Source: Actinomycetota bacterium
Lineage (GTDB): Bacteria; Actinomycetota; Nitriliruptoria; Nitriliruptorales; Nitriliruptoraceae
Assembly: GCA_018335555.1 (NCBI GenBank)
Contig: JAGXST010000221.1
Coordinates: forward strand, 1-54,713
Reading direction: 5' to 3'
DNA length: 54,713 nucleotides
Positions 32,301 through 42,013 of this stretch are shown in pieces (the stretch's first letter is position 1; the number at the start of each line of letters is the position of its first letter). The notes under the pieces are model-generated. The model was not told the origin of the DNA and did not search any database. It saw nothing but the letters and a program-made list of their open reading frames with translations. Made by a program: the position numbers and the translations under genes.

Positions 32301-35300
32301 CGTCCGCTGCTGCGCACCGACGTGACGATTGACCGGTCGAGTCTGCGTCCGGCCGGTCCCGTCCGCTTCGAACAGCTCGCGGTGCTCGCCGCGAGCAGCG
32401 GCTGGTACGAAGCGTTCCAGCGGCGCATCTCCCGAGGCGACTACGACGAAGCTGCGCTGATCGTCGAGGTGATGGACCAGGTCGGCGACGACGATGCGCG
32501 TCTCGCCGCCGACGAGCTCGATGTTCACGTCATCGACGCGCAGGCCGAAGCGCGCCACCGGTGGCTTGAGGTCCGCGGGCTGGTCGACCGGGCCAAACGC
32601 CACGGGCTGCTCGACGCGGACGATGCGCTGCTTTACGACATCACCCTCGACGAGCTAGACCTGACCGGCGCAGCGGATGAGGAACAGGTCCGTACCGACG
32701 CGGCCCCGTCCGCTGCTGCCGACGGCGACCCGGCGTCGGTCCGCACCGACGTCGGTGGGGTGCTGCGTCAGCTCGATGAGCTGGACCGGCAGCTGGCGGA
32801 TGCGACCGCGGCGATGCGTCACCGAGAGCTGGAACGGTTGGCTGCTGCTGCAGCGGACAACCCGTCGGTCGAGCAGCGCCGGGACGAGATTGCCAAGCTG
32901 ATCGACGAGGCCCGCTTCGCGCAGGCCGACGAGATCCTGATTCAGATCCAGCAGGGCGCCGACATGACCGGCACGGACCAGCCGGCCTGGTTCCGGCCCG
33001 AGCTGCTGCGCACCGTCGCCGAACCGGGCGATGCAGACGAGTTGCGTCAGGCGATCGTCGACAAGGGCACGTGCGCCGGACTGAACTTCGCCGAAGTGGA
33101 GGATCCGGCGGCGAGCGCCGAGCTGCTGGCGGTGCCCGAACGGGTACTGAAGAGCGCAGCGACCGAGACGACTTCCGCGCTTCGTAGCCTGCTGCTGCGT
33201 CTCGGGATGGAGATCCCGGCCACCGCGCTGAGCGCACAGCCGCCGCGAGGCGGACGCCACCGTTTCGTCGGAGTGTCCGACGTGCAGGCGCTCGGCGCAC
33301 CGATCTACCAGTTCGGCTCCACGATGGACGAGCGGATCCGGGTACTGGTCACCCCCGTCTCGACGCTGATCGACCAGATCGTCGAGTTGATCGAGGAAGA
33401 CACCGACCCACGGGGCGTGCTGCTGCTGCTGCATGCCGGCACGTTCACCCTGGCGCAACGGCGCGAGCTAGAAGCAAAGCTGCGTGAGGTTTCCCCGTCG
33501 GTGCTGCCCTACGACCTGCATCTGCTAGCGGCACGGCTGAGCGTCCCCGACGTCAGCTGGGCGTCCACCGTCGGGCTGGCCGCACCGTTCAGCGGGCTGA
33601 ACCCGTTCATGTGGAACAAGCCTGGTAACAGCCTGCCGAAGGAAGCGTTCTTCGGCCGGCGCCGCGAACTGAAGGCGCTGCTGGACCCGTTCGGCGGCAC
33701 GACCGTGTTCGGCGGCCGGCAGCTGGGCAAGACGGCCTTGCTCAAGCAGGCCTCGGAACGCTTCACCCGGCCTGGTGAGCACCGCCGTGCGGTGTTGCGC
33801 TCCATCAAGGACACCGGCATCGACAACGATGCGTCCGCGGTGTGGACCGACATCCGCGGGATGCTCGGCGAAGCGCAGATCCCTACCCAACGTTCCGATG
33901 AGGCGACCAGCGCTGACACGATCATCGCTGACGTGGCGCAGTGGCTCAACGAGGACGACGACCGGCGGCTCCTGCTGCTACTCGACGAAGCGGACCACTT
34001 CCTGAAGGCGGACGGGCCTCACTACAGCCAGCTGGAACGCATCAAGCAGCTGACCGAGGATCAGCGGGTCCGGGTCGTGCTCGCCGGGCTGAACGACGTG
34101 ACCCGCTTCCAGCGGGACGCGAACCATCCGTTCGTGCACCTCGGGCAGCCGCTGGGTATCGGCGGGCTCGCCCCGGAGGATGCGTTGGCGCTGCTGCGCA
34201 CCCCGCTGCAGGCGGTCGGGGTCAGCGTCACCGACCACGTGCTGCTCGGCGCTGTGACCTACGCGAACTACCACCCGGCGATCCTGCAACGCTTCGGCTA
34301 CGAGCTGGTAACCCGGGTCGCCGCTGACCAGCCGCGGGCGGCGCTGCGCGAGCTCGCCGCCGACGACGTCGACAAGGTGTTCGACGACAGCGGGCTGCGT
34401 GACTATGTCAGCCAGCTGCTGGGCAACACGTTGCGGCTCGACGCCCGGTACGGCGTGGTGGCCTGCGCCTTGGCGCTGGCCGATCTGGAGGCGGCCCACG
34501 ACGCGTTGCCCCAGCCACGCAGCCTCTCCGACGTGCAGACGGTGCTCAAGGACAAGGGCGCGCGGCGGCTGTTCGCCGCCGAACACCGTTACGAGGTCGC
34601 CGGGCTTCTCGACGAGCTGGCGCTGCTGGGCATCGTGCGTCGCCGCGGCAATGACCGCTACGAGCTGCGTTCGCGCTACATCGCCCGGATGCTCGGGGAT
34701 GAGCCGACCCTGCAATCGCAGCTGGCAGCGTTCGCAACCGCCAGCGACGGGGCCACCTACGACGCGTCGCGTGACCGGCGGCCGCTTCCCGGTGAGCTGC
34801 GCCGGCAGGTCCCCCCGCTCGCCGACCGTGACCTCAACGAAATGCTCACCGGTCCGGCCAGCTCCGTACGCGCCATCGTCGGTGTGGACGCGGCACATCT
34901 CGACCACGTCCTCGAGTCGGTACGGGTTGTGGCCGACACCCGATTCGCACAACGCCGGTTCCACAAGTTGGACCTCTCACGCCGCGGCGGCCGGGGCAAA
35001 CCGCCGCATGCGTCCAAAGACGTGCACCGAGTCGTGCTCAGCGACCTGCAGCGCACCCCGCAGCCCGGCTGTGAACGTGCGATCGCGCAGGCGCAGGTGT
35101 GGGAACAGGACCCGTCGCTGCCCGGCAGCGTGGGCGTCGGGCTGGTGCTCGGGCCGACCAACCTCGGACTGCTGCGCCAGCTGGTCGGTGACGACACGAG
35201 CCGGCTGCAACTCACGTCGCTGAAGCGGCTGGATCACAACGCGATCCGACTGTGGGCCGACCTGGCCGAGGTCGAACCGTTGGACGAGGCGGAAGCGGTC

Positions 35301-35705
35301 GCGTTGTGGACCGGCGGCTGGCCGTCGCTGCTGACCCGTGCTGCCGCGACCGTCGCTGAACAGGGCTGCGCGCTGGACGAAGCGGCCGAACAGATCAGCC
35401 ACCGGCTGCACGAGGACGCGCGTGCTGCGGCCGAGTTCGTGCAGGCCTGCGGGTTCGATCAGTTCGATCATCCGATGCGCACGCTGCTGGACACACTCGG
35501 TCAGTACGGGCCGGTCACCGCCGACGAACTGGAACGTGAGACCGCGTCGCGTCTCGCGCCGCACCGGCCGTTGGAGCTGGTTCTTCCGGGTGTGCGGACC
35601 GACCGCCGGCTCGCGCAGCTGCTCGGGTTGGTCGATCTACACGACGACCGATTGCAGCTCGAAGCGGTGCTGGCCAGCGCCCGTGCCGCAGCGGGCACCG
35701 CGTGA
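29319..35705 (+). CDS. Giant STAND/AAA-type P-loop ATPase
   Basis: NPF..FFGRRREL, Walker A GGRQLGKT, Walker B LLLDEAD; long helical N-region with acidic linker; start uncertain (29175-29490). Confidence 0.85.
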   Translation: MGRSRRIADEKYEFLPALTVDQDHARGLLRAAWRELPRTAGSELLRRACHSSTFKTAMHRMNLKAVPPKLGQALRTPQGWRVAVELGRHLHRTVARDERFNRYAASLVGMWALADEIERQFDSQHVATLWLTWVYGGFPGDPLLLPTQMLLRSSRWQLEQVARTPAPFGCDQGQLAQDLASGTLTHPGAQLPAAELAALLLLDARDEHDTVAWVTGTPGTGEKPDLDGAQRLYPMQEEELLRVAAGDEPLPSLDRILEKVGDIVDGVSSDEHSSDDGLIDGAENLEDKPLDDELLPSEDDEDNVDGRLGPDSVAPVEGLVDGLVSAAATEEDADEDPRRGLQAAYDALARELQTAQAAMRVRRLPGVELLTAYARLHQRVAETIGSSALDVENVTLDELLDRLAPSDPKEVLLDRLERCGTSETPISNTLQAGLTTLRELCAAIRTDLARTGPDGQPLRNALVKLAELLDSDQTPSADAVMQLLPALPQQLNVVAFAASHGKLTLGSPLVGAAPTAATTGIDRQPANDNVAADDETPRDVDADDGAAPAADPPATSADSDPQPGEDTADNTDVPDPDGDDTAAVEVIDDLEEDSRPSGGASSDEERDDEPVAGPSAPSEATEGQGDEDQDDVEPDQQADEELVEQPDTELELPDHDDVEELLAATLQHGDVAAAHWIAAEYDEEPGRATAFKLLALAPHTRRDSGPTTSELTQSAARVPDGQLAADGPTRAVSVAAVVRAGFAAPWAMQTLLDRAVDELGTTPAIRHLLEAARDAARAGVRLGASVAGDAGVDIDAEAARLARQAAQLLEEGPGRTSGYHAATRVWQLWIDPDHDDGWLARLLVIVAGDKRRQLRHVKQQRAETETDRQLVALMNETDKRDRGNEHRDIEYHGRDSLLRRTKTCLAVIDDWAELIDTAQQAEAFSHEEQAAATLHRAINEYEQAALDELRQVGEGALAAAATALACTALADTLKELRTGRAPSGREPQPAALLVRPLLRTDVTIDRSSLRPAGPVRFEQLAVLAASSGWYEAFQRRISRGDYDEAALIVEVMDQVGDDDARLAADELDVHVIDAQAEARHRWLEVRGLVDRAKRHGLLDADDALLYDITLDELDLTGAADEEQVRTDAAPSAAADGDPASVRTDVGGVLRQLDELDRQLADATAAMRHRELERLAAAAADNPSVEQRRDEIAKLIDEARFAQADEILIQIQQGADMTGTDQPAWFRPELLRTVAEPGDADELRQAIVDKGTCAGLNFAEVEDPAASAELLAVPERVLKSAATETTSALRSLLLRLGMEIPATALSAQPPRGGRHRFVGVSDVQALGAPIYQFGSTMDERIRVLVTPVSTLIDQIVELIEEDTDPRGVLLLLHAGTFTLAQRRELEAKLREVSPSVLPYDLHLLAARLSVPDVSWASTVGLAAPFSGLNPFMWNKPGNSLPKEAFFGRRRELKALLDPFGGTTVFGGRQLGKTALLKQASERFTRPGEHRRAVLRSIKDTGIDNDASAVWTDIRGMLGEAQIPTQRSDEATSADTIIADVAQWLNEDDDRRLLLLLDEADHFLKADGPHYSQLERIKQLTEDQRVRVVLAGLNDVTRFQRDANHPFVHLGQPLGIGGLAPEDALALLRTPLQAVGVSVTDHVLLGAVTYANYHPAILQRFGYELVTRVAADQPRAALRELAADDVDKVFDDSGLRDYVSQLLGNTLRLDARYGVVACALALADLEAAHDALPQPRSLSDVQTVLKDKGARRLFAAEHRYEVAGLLDELALLGIVRRRGNDRYELRSRYIARMLGDEPTLQSQLAAFATASDGATYDASRDRRPLPGELRRQVPPLADRDLNEMLTGPASSVRAIVGVDAAHLDHVLESVRVVADTRFAQRRFHKLDLSRRGGRGKPPHASKDVHRVVLSDLQRTPQPGCERAIAQAQVWEQDPSLPGSVGVGLVLGPTNLGLLRQLVGDDTSRLQLTSLKRLDHNAIRLWADLAEVEPLDEAEAVALWTGGWPSLLTRAAATVAEQGCALDEAAEQISHRLHEDARAAAEFVQACGFDQFDHPMRTLLDTLGQYGPVTADELERETASRLAPHRPLELVLPGVRTDRRLAQLLGLVDLHDDRLQLEAVLASARAAAGTA

Positions 35706-38700
35706 GCGTCTACGACGACGTCGACATGCTGCTGGACGTGCTTTCCAGCTTGCCGCGGCCACCGACTCTCGGGGAGCTGACCGACGCAGTCAACGCGTTC
35801 CTCGGCGTGGAACACATCGACACCCGTTTCGTCACCAACCGGATCGCTTCGTCCGGCGACCGGCTACAGCTCGTCGACGGGGTCGTGCGCGCCGAGACGC
35901 CGACCGTCGCAGGGCGCAGCTTGGACGAGGCGTGCGCCGCAGGCGGGCTGCGAATCGTCGTGGTCGACTTCGAGACGGTGCCGGTCCATGACGGGTCGGG
36001 GCAGCTGCGTCGGGTGCCGCTACAGGCTGGTGCGCTACGGGCTGGGCCGGACACCGCGTGGGTCGCCGGGCATGCGCCGCTGGAACGGCTCGTACGTGTC
36101 GAGGCAGGCACACCGACCGGCGTGCGTGGACACCGACTGCTGGAGGCGGCCCGTCAGCCTGACGTGCCCCCGCCCGGCCAGGTCGGTCACGAGCTGGCTG
36201 GGTTGCTCGACGGGGCGGACGTCGTCGTCGCACACAACGCAGCTGAGGTCGACCTTCCAGTCCTCGAGGAGCTGCTCGCTTTGGCGGACGAGACGCTCGC
36301 CCCGTCGGTCGGGGTGGACAGCCTGTACCTGGCGCATGCGCTGCTGCCGGACCGTTCCCGCATCGTGCGTAATGGTCAGGAGTATCCGGCGCACGCTCTG
36401 CAGAGCGTCGCGTGGCGGCTCGGCATCGAGCGGGATCAGACGCACACGGCACTCGACGACTGCCGGCTGCTGCTCGATGTCCTCGAGCAGCTCGCCGCAC
36501 GGTTCGTGGCCCGGCCCGAGACAGATCAGGCCGTGTGGGCGGCGCTGACCCGAAGCTCACCGGCGTGGCGCACGCTGCTGGCTTTGGCGTCACGGGACGA
36601 GCTGGCGGTCCCGACTGACGCGGCGACGGCCCGTAGCCACCTGGAGACGATGCTGGCGTCGCTACCGGCCCGCCGCGCTTCCGGGAGCCGAAACACGGAC
36701 GACCCCGGTACCGACCAGGCAGCTGGCGACCCTCTCGAAGCTCGCGCCCCTCACGACAGGAGGTCGTCGGACGACGAAGTGACAAGGTCACCGGCAGACG
36801 GGCCGCATCCGATAGTGGTTGATGCGTCGTGGCGCGGCAGCGACGGGCGGGTCGACCCGCTGCGTCTCGCGCAACGGCTGGCCGCACGCCGCGGAGGGAT
36901 CGCCAGGCACCGTCCGGCGCAGCAGCAGGCCGCGGCGCATGTCGCCACCGCGATCGACCGTCGAACCGACATGCTGATCGAAGCGCCGACCGGGTCGGGC
37001 AAGTCGCTGGTGCTGCTGGCAGCAGCGCTCGACTGGGTGTCCGCGGACACCTCGCGTCGCGCGGTCATCTCCACGTTCACCCGCGCGTTGCAGGGTCAGC
37101 TGATCGCTGACCTCGAGCTGCTGCTCGACCCGGAAGGCGACACGGCCAGCGTCGTGGCCCAGATCGATGTGGTGAAAGGTGCAATGAACCGGCTCTCGTT
37201 GCGGGCGCTGGTCAACACCGCTGCCGGATTGTCGACCGACCGGCCCGAACGTCACGGCATGACCCGCGCTCGCGCCGCGGATGTCCGGTTTGTCGAGCTC
37301 GTCGCCTACCTGCTGGCCCGGCTCGCCGGCCTGGACGCACATGCCCGGCTCGCTGCACGCCACACCGCCTACTCGGTCGATGCGGCCGACCTGCCGGGTG
37401 TCTTCGAACGGTGGGGGGAGGGCCGGCTCGCTGGCCAGCTGGCCCACCTGTCGCAGGCCCGCAACGGCGACTACCCAGCCGGCAGCGGCCAGCCTCTGGC
37501 GCACGCGACCCGTCGAGTCGCAGAAGCGCTGGCGGCCAGCCGGATAGTGGTGTCCAACCATGCGATGCTCTGCTCGTCGACCGCGGCGTTGGCCGAACTG
37601 GCCGACAGCAGCGAACTGTTGCTGCTCGCGGACGAAGCGCATGAGCTCGAAGCCGCAGCGACCTCGACGTTGACCGCGACGGTGTCCACCCCGGAGCTCG
37701 AAGAGCTCGCCGGCCAGCTGGAGGTATTCGCCAGTCAGCTCGAGGCGACCTACCCGGCGGAGCTGCGTGAGCAGGCGCAGACCGAGCTGGACCAGGCTGA
37801 TGTGGCCCGTGCCGCCCGCGCTGCCGGCGAAGGTGGCGAGCTGCCGCAACTCTCCGACGCGGCGCAGGCGTATCAGCCGGTGCGTGCCGCCCGTTCGTTG
37901 CACGACCAGCTCGCCACACAGCAGTTGGCGCTCACGCTCGGTGAGGTGCTGGGGGTCCGGCCCGGATCCGATCCACGTGACCGTGACGACCGGGCCGGCG
38001 TGATCGCCGACCGTGACCTCGACCTGGGACAGCTCGACAATGCGCACCGCATCGACGTCGCGTTCGCCCGGCTGACGGGCACGGTCGCTGCAGCACTCGC
38101 CGGGGTGCATCCGGCGCTAGCCCGGCTGAATGACGACCGGCGTGAGCGCCACGCGTCGCTTCCGGTGCAGCTGGCCGACATGTTCCGGAACCTGTCCACG
38201 ATCAGCGCCGACCTGCGGCAGCTAACCGACCATCTACGCGGTCACGACGACCCCGACCCGGACCCTGCACTGATCGCGGACGCGGCGGCGACTGCTGACA
38301 CTCTGCTTGATGAACGCGACCCCGACCCCACCTTCCCGGAGCAGGGCGCTGCGGACGCCGCATCCGGCGACGGCACGGCGGCAGCCCCGGCAGAGGCTGA
38401 CGACGTCGAGCTGGAAGACCGGCTGGTGTGGGCGAGGGAGCTGCCGCTAACCGGCCACGCGCTGACCCGGTTCATCGACGAACGGATGCAGCTGCGCTAC
38501 TGGCCGGTGGAGGTCGCCTCCACCCCGGTCGAGGTCGCGACCGACCGGCGATTCCGCCGGTTCCGGGCCGCGTTCACCGTTTCGGTGTTTGTGTCCGGCA
38601 CTTTGCAGGTTCCGGCGGCAGACGACCGGTGGGCCTACACCCGCCGGCAGCTGGGTCTCGACACCTCGGTGCCAGGACACGTGATCGACACCGACTTCGA

Positions 38701-41700
38701 TCCGGCCCGCCAAGCTCGTCTCGTCGCGTTCGCTGACGCACCCACGTGGGGGGAACAGCATCAGGCGGCGGTCGCGACGATCGCCCATCAGCTGCGCCGC
38801 TATCTCGACGAGGTCGTCGACGACCACGGCCGGTTCGGCGCCATGGTGCTGACCACGTCCCGTGCCGATGCACTCACGATCGCGGAGCAGACTGCTGCGC
38901 TCGCGACCGACACGTCACGTGCGGCTCTGCACGCCGCCGCGATTGATGGCAACCCGCAGGCTTTGGCGGCGTTCTCCGAACATGGCGGGGCGCTGATCGG
39001 GACCCGAGGCCTGTGGCAAGGGGTTGACGTTCCGGCCGACCGGCTCCGGCTGGTGTGGATCAACAAGCTGCCGTTCGCGCCGTTCGGCGATCCGGTCACC
39101 GCCACGAGGTTACGTCGTGCGGAGCAGCGTGCCGCAGCCGCCGGATCGACCGACCCGACCTTGGACGCGCGTGACGAGCTGTATTTCCCACCCGCGGTGA
39201 TGGCGCTCCGTCAGGCGGCCGGCCGGCTGCTGCGTTCCGCCGAACACCGCGGCGTCATCGTCATCTCCGACCCGAAGCTCGGCGGTGACACCGCGCTGGC
39301 CCGCCGCTACCGGCGGCTGTTCCTCGGCGCGCTGCCCGGGTATGCGACCGACGACGGTGAAGGCCCCGGATCCGGCAACGTCACCACCAGCGAGGACGGC
39401 TGGGCCCGGATCTGGCAGTTCCTCGCGACCGCCGGCGAAGACGCAGAGTCCAGCCCGCCGGCGATTAGCTCGGCACGGGCCGACCAACTGTGCCAACCGG
39501 AAGCGCTGCGCGAACAGGCACTGCTGCCGCACACCCGCCGGATCCGTGACGCCGCCTACAACGACGACGCGCAAGCGGCTGCGGAACTGGCCCGAGACGA
39601 CGGTCTGGCCCGGTTCGAAGAGCGCTGCCGGGAGGTCGCGGGCGCGCTGCGCCTCTCGGACGGGCCGCTGGATGAGCTTCGTGACGCGCAAGGTGACGGG
39701 ATCTGTGCCGTCGCGCAGGGCCGTGATCTGCTGGCGCTGCTGCCGACCGGGTATGGCAAGAGTTTCCTGTTTCAGCTGCCGGGCCTGGTCCTTCCCGGCG
39801 TAACGCTGGTGGTCTCCCCGTTGGTGAGCTTGATGACTGACCAGGCGACCCGGCTCAACCGCACCGCTGGCGGTGCGGTGCGGGCGTTGACCGGCCCAAT
39901 GCGCGAGTCGAACTCCCGGGCCGGCAAGGCGCAGGTGCACGAGCAGTTGCTCGGCGTGCACGATCACGGCATCAAGCTGGTGTACCTCGCGCCGGAACGG
40001 CTCGCGTCCACCCGGTTCCAGCAGCTGGTCCGTCGCGGAGTCGAAGCCGGCACGGTCAGGCGCATCGCGTTCGACGAGGCGCACACGCTGGCTGACTGGG
40101 GTGACACATTCCGCACCGAGATGCGCCGCTGCGAGGTGTTCATCCGCCAGCTCCGCACGCGGATGCCGGGACGGTTGCAGCTGACGGCGCTGACCGCCAC
40201 CGCGACCCGCACGGTCCGGCGTCATCTGGACCGCGCCCTGTTCGACGCCGAGCACGCCCCTGTGATCGTGGCGGAGAACCCGATCCGCCACGACATCGCC
40301 GTGTACAAACGGCTGCTGTCCGCCCCACGTCGCGACGCGCAGCAGGTCGCTGCGGTGCTGACTCAGCAACTGCTGGCGGTCGTGGACGGCCACGCGATCG
40401 TGTACGCGACCACAATCGCGGAGGTCGAGGAGCTACACGCCTACCTGCGAGCCCATCTGGGCCGTCGTCGGCGGGTGTTGATGTACCACGGCCGGATGCC
40501 CGAACTCGAAAAGAAGTCGGTCTCGGAGTTCTTCCAGGCAGCACCTCGACGTGACGATCCCGAGTTCGAACCGATGGTGGTCGTGGCGACCAAAGCATTC
40601 GGGCTCGGTATCGACCGTGAGGATGTCCGTCTTGTGGTGCTGGCGTCTCCGCCCGGTGACCTCTCGGAGGTGTACCAGGCGTTGGGTCGGGCCGGCCGCG
40701 GCCAAGCCGCCGACGCTGCTGCCGACGTGAGCGAGCATTCGGTCGGCGTGGCGTTGCTCTCAGCACGGTCCTACAACACGTTGCAGTTCTTCAACCGGCA
40801 CGAGCCGGACCATGAGCGGCTCGTCAACCAGGTGCTGTCGAGGCTGCGGTCGGCGGGCTCGCCGCTGGACACGGCCGCGTTTGCAGAGCAGCTACTGACG
40901 GACCGGCTCGAGGCGGGCCACCTCGCTGCGAGAGCGGTGAACACCGACAGCCGTCGCGCACGTGCGGTGGAGTCCTACCAGGCGCTAGCTGTGCGGGCGT
41001 TCGCGGCGCTGGTCGACGCGGGCGTGCTCGAGGACCGGGGCAACGCTCCGGCCGAGGTCACCATCACCGCCGGTGAACAGCTGGAGCGTCACACCGGTTC
41101 CGACGCGATCACTGACCTCGAGGATGCGGCGGCGCTCGCTGCGGCGGTCGTCGGCCAGCTTGACCCGGACGAGCAGCGTCGCGGCATCGACCTGGAGGTG
41201 CTTCACGCCCGCCTCGAACACCACGAGGTGATGGCCGCACAACGCATCGAGGGGATCGCGCAGCTTTGGTTCGAACTGCTGCAGCTGCAGACCTCTGGCT
41301 GGTTGGACGTCAAGGAGATCTCGGCGTCCAACACCCGCCGTCAGCTGCTGCACTTCACGGCGACAGGCCGGGCTGCGACCGTGGACTTGGTCGCCGAGCT
41401 GGCGCGTGGCGCGCGGCAACGGGCCGAGGACCTAGTCACGTTGAAGGACTGGTTCGCTGACGACCGCCGCTGCGCCAACGCCGGGCTCGCTGACTACTTC
41501 GACTACGCCGACTACGACCGTGGCGCCTGCGAACATCGGCTGACCCGCTGCTCGGTGTGTTTCACCGTGCCGCCCAACGATGCAGTGCCGTGGCCGCACC
41601 CGCTGCAGGTGCTGAACACCTCGGAGACACAGCTGCAACAGGCGTCCGCGGCGGTGCGTCGGGCGCTTCGTTCACGTACCGGCGCGCAGGTCCTGTCCCT

Positions 41701-42013
41701 GCTCACCGACGCGGGGATGCCGCTCGGTGTCCCGAAGCTGCTCGCCGCGCTGAACGGTCATGCCCGCACCGAGTACAACCAGCGGGTGCCGTCGCAGGCG
41801 AAGCGTGCGGCCGCGTTCGGGTCGATGCCGAGCTTGAAGCAGCCCGAGCTCGAGCAGGTGGTTGCATCGCTGGTCGGTGAGGGCCGGCTACTGCCGATGC
41901 GTTGGGACGGACGGCAAGCCGCGGTGGTCGACCCGGCGGACGCGAACATGTACGGCGCGGCGCCCGACGAGCCGGCCACGTTGGCCGGCGGCGGGGAGAT
42001 GTCCGGTGGATGA
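35702..42013 (+). CDS. DEDDh exonuclease-DinG helicase-RecQ helicase fusion
   Basis: DFET/AHNA/HTALDD; APTGSGKS/DEAH/WQGVDV/KLPF/QAAGRLLR; LPTGYGKS/DEAH/TATA/TKAFGLGID/QALGRAGR; Cys4 cluster and RQC-like end. Confidence 0.92.
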   Translation: MSVYDDVDMLLDVLSSLPRPPTLGELTDAVNAFLGVEHIDTRFVTNRIASSGDRLQLVDGVVRAETPTVAGRSLDEACAAGGLRIVVVDFETVPVHDGSGQLRRVPLQAGALRAGPDTAWVAGHAPLERLVRVEAGTPTGVRGHRLLEAARQPDVPPPGQVGHELAGLLDGADVVVAHNAAEVDLPVLEELLALADETLAPSVGVDSLYLAHALLPDRSRIVRNGQEYPAHALQSVAWRLGIERDQTHTALDDCRLLLDVLEQLAARFVARPETDQAVWAALTRSSPAWRTLLALASRDELAVPTDAATARSHLETMLASLPARRASGSRNTDDPGTDQAAGDPLEARAPHDRRSSDDEVTRSPADGPHPIVVDASWRGSDGRVDPLRLAQRLAARRGGIARHRPAQQQAAAHVATAIDRRTDMLIEAPTGSGKSLVLLAAALDWVSADTSRRAVISTFTRALQGQLIADLELLLDPEGDTASVVAQIDVVKGAMNRLSLRALVNTAAGLSTDRPERHGMTRARAADVRFVELVAYLLARLAGLDAHARLAARHTAYSVDAADLPGVFERWGEGRLAGQLAHLSQARNGDYPAGSGQPLAHATRRVAEALAASRIVVSNHAMLCSSTAALAELADSSELLLLADEAHELEAAATSTLTATVSTPELEELAGQLEVFASQLEATYPAELREQAQTELDQADVARAARAAGEGGELPQLSDAAQAYQPVRAARSLHDQLATQQLALTLGEVLGVRPGSDPRDRDDRAGVIADRDLDLGQLDNAHRIDVAFARLTGTVAAALAGVHPALARLNDDRRERHASLPVQLADMFRNLSTISADLRQLTDHLRGHDDPDPDPALIADAAATADTLLDERDPDPTFPEQGAADAASGDGTAAAPAEADDVELEDRLVWARELPLTGHALTRFIDERMQLRYWPVEVASTPVEVATDRRFRRFRAAFTVSVFVSGTLQVPAADDRWAYTRRQLGLDTSVPGHVIDTDFDPARQARLVAFADAPTWGEQHQAAVATIAHQLRRYLDEVVDDHGRFGAMVLTTSRADALTIAEQTAALATDTSRAALHAAAIDGNPQALAAFSEHGGALIGTRGLWQGVDVPADRLRLVWINKLPFAPFGDPVTATRLRRAEQRAAAAGSTDPTLDARDELYFPPAVMALRQAAGRLLRSAEHRGVIVISDPKLGGDTALARRYRRLFLGALPGYATDDGEGPGSGNVTTSEDGWARIWQFLATAGEDAESSPPAISSARADQLCQPEALREQALLPHTRRIRDAAYNDDAQAAAELARDDGLARFEERCREVAGALRLSDGPLDELRDAQGDGICAVAQGRDLLALLPTGYGKSFLFQLPGLVLPGVTLVVSPLVSLMTDQATRLNRTAGGAVRALTGPMRESNSRAGKAQVHEQLLGVHDHGIKLVYLAPERLASTRFQQLVRRGVEAGTVRRIAFDEAHTLADWGDTFRTEMRRCEVFIRQLRTRMPGRLQLTALTATATRTVRRHLDRALFDAEHAPVIVAENPIRHDIAVYKRLLSAPRRDAQQVAAVLTQQLLAVVDGHAIVYATTIAEVEELHAYLRAHLGRRRRVLMYHGRMPELEKKSVSEFFQAAPRRDDPEFEPMVVVATKAFGLGIDREDVRLVVLASPPGDLSEVYQALGRAGRGQAADAAADVSEHSVGVALLSARSYNTLQFFNRHEPDHERLVNQVLSRLRSAGSPLDTAAFAEQLLTDRLEAGHLAARAVNTDSRRARAVESYQALAVRAFAALVDAGVLEDRGNAPAEVTITAGEQLERHTGSDAITDLEDAAALAAAVVGQLDPDEQRRGIDLEVLHARLEHHEVMAAQRIEGIAQLWFELLQLQTSGWLDVKEISASNTRRQLLHFTATGRAATVDLVAELARGARQRAEDLVTLKDWFADDRRCANAGLADYFDYADYDRGACEHRLTRCSVCFTVPPNDAVPWPHPLQVLNTSETQLQQASAAVRRALRSRTGAQVLSLLTDAGMPLGVPKLLAALNGHARTEYNQRVPSQAKRAAAFGSMPSLKQPELEQVVASLVGEGRLLPMRWDGRQAAVVDPADANMYGAAPDEPATLAGGGEMSGG

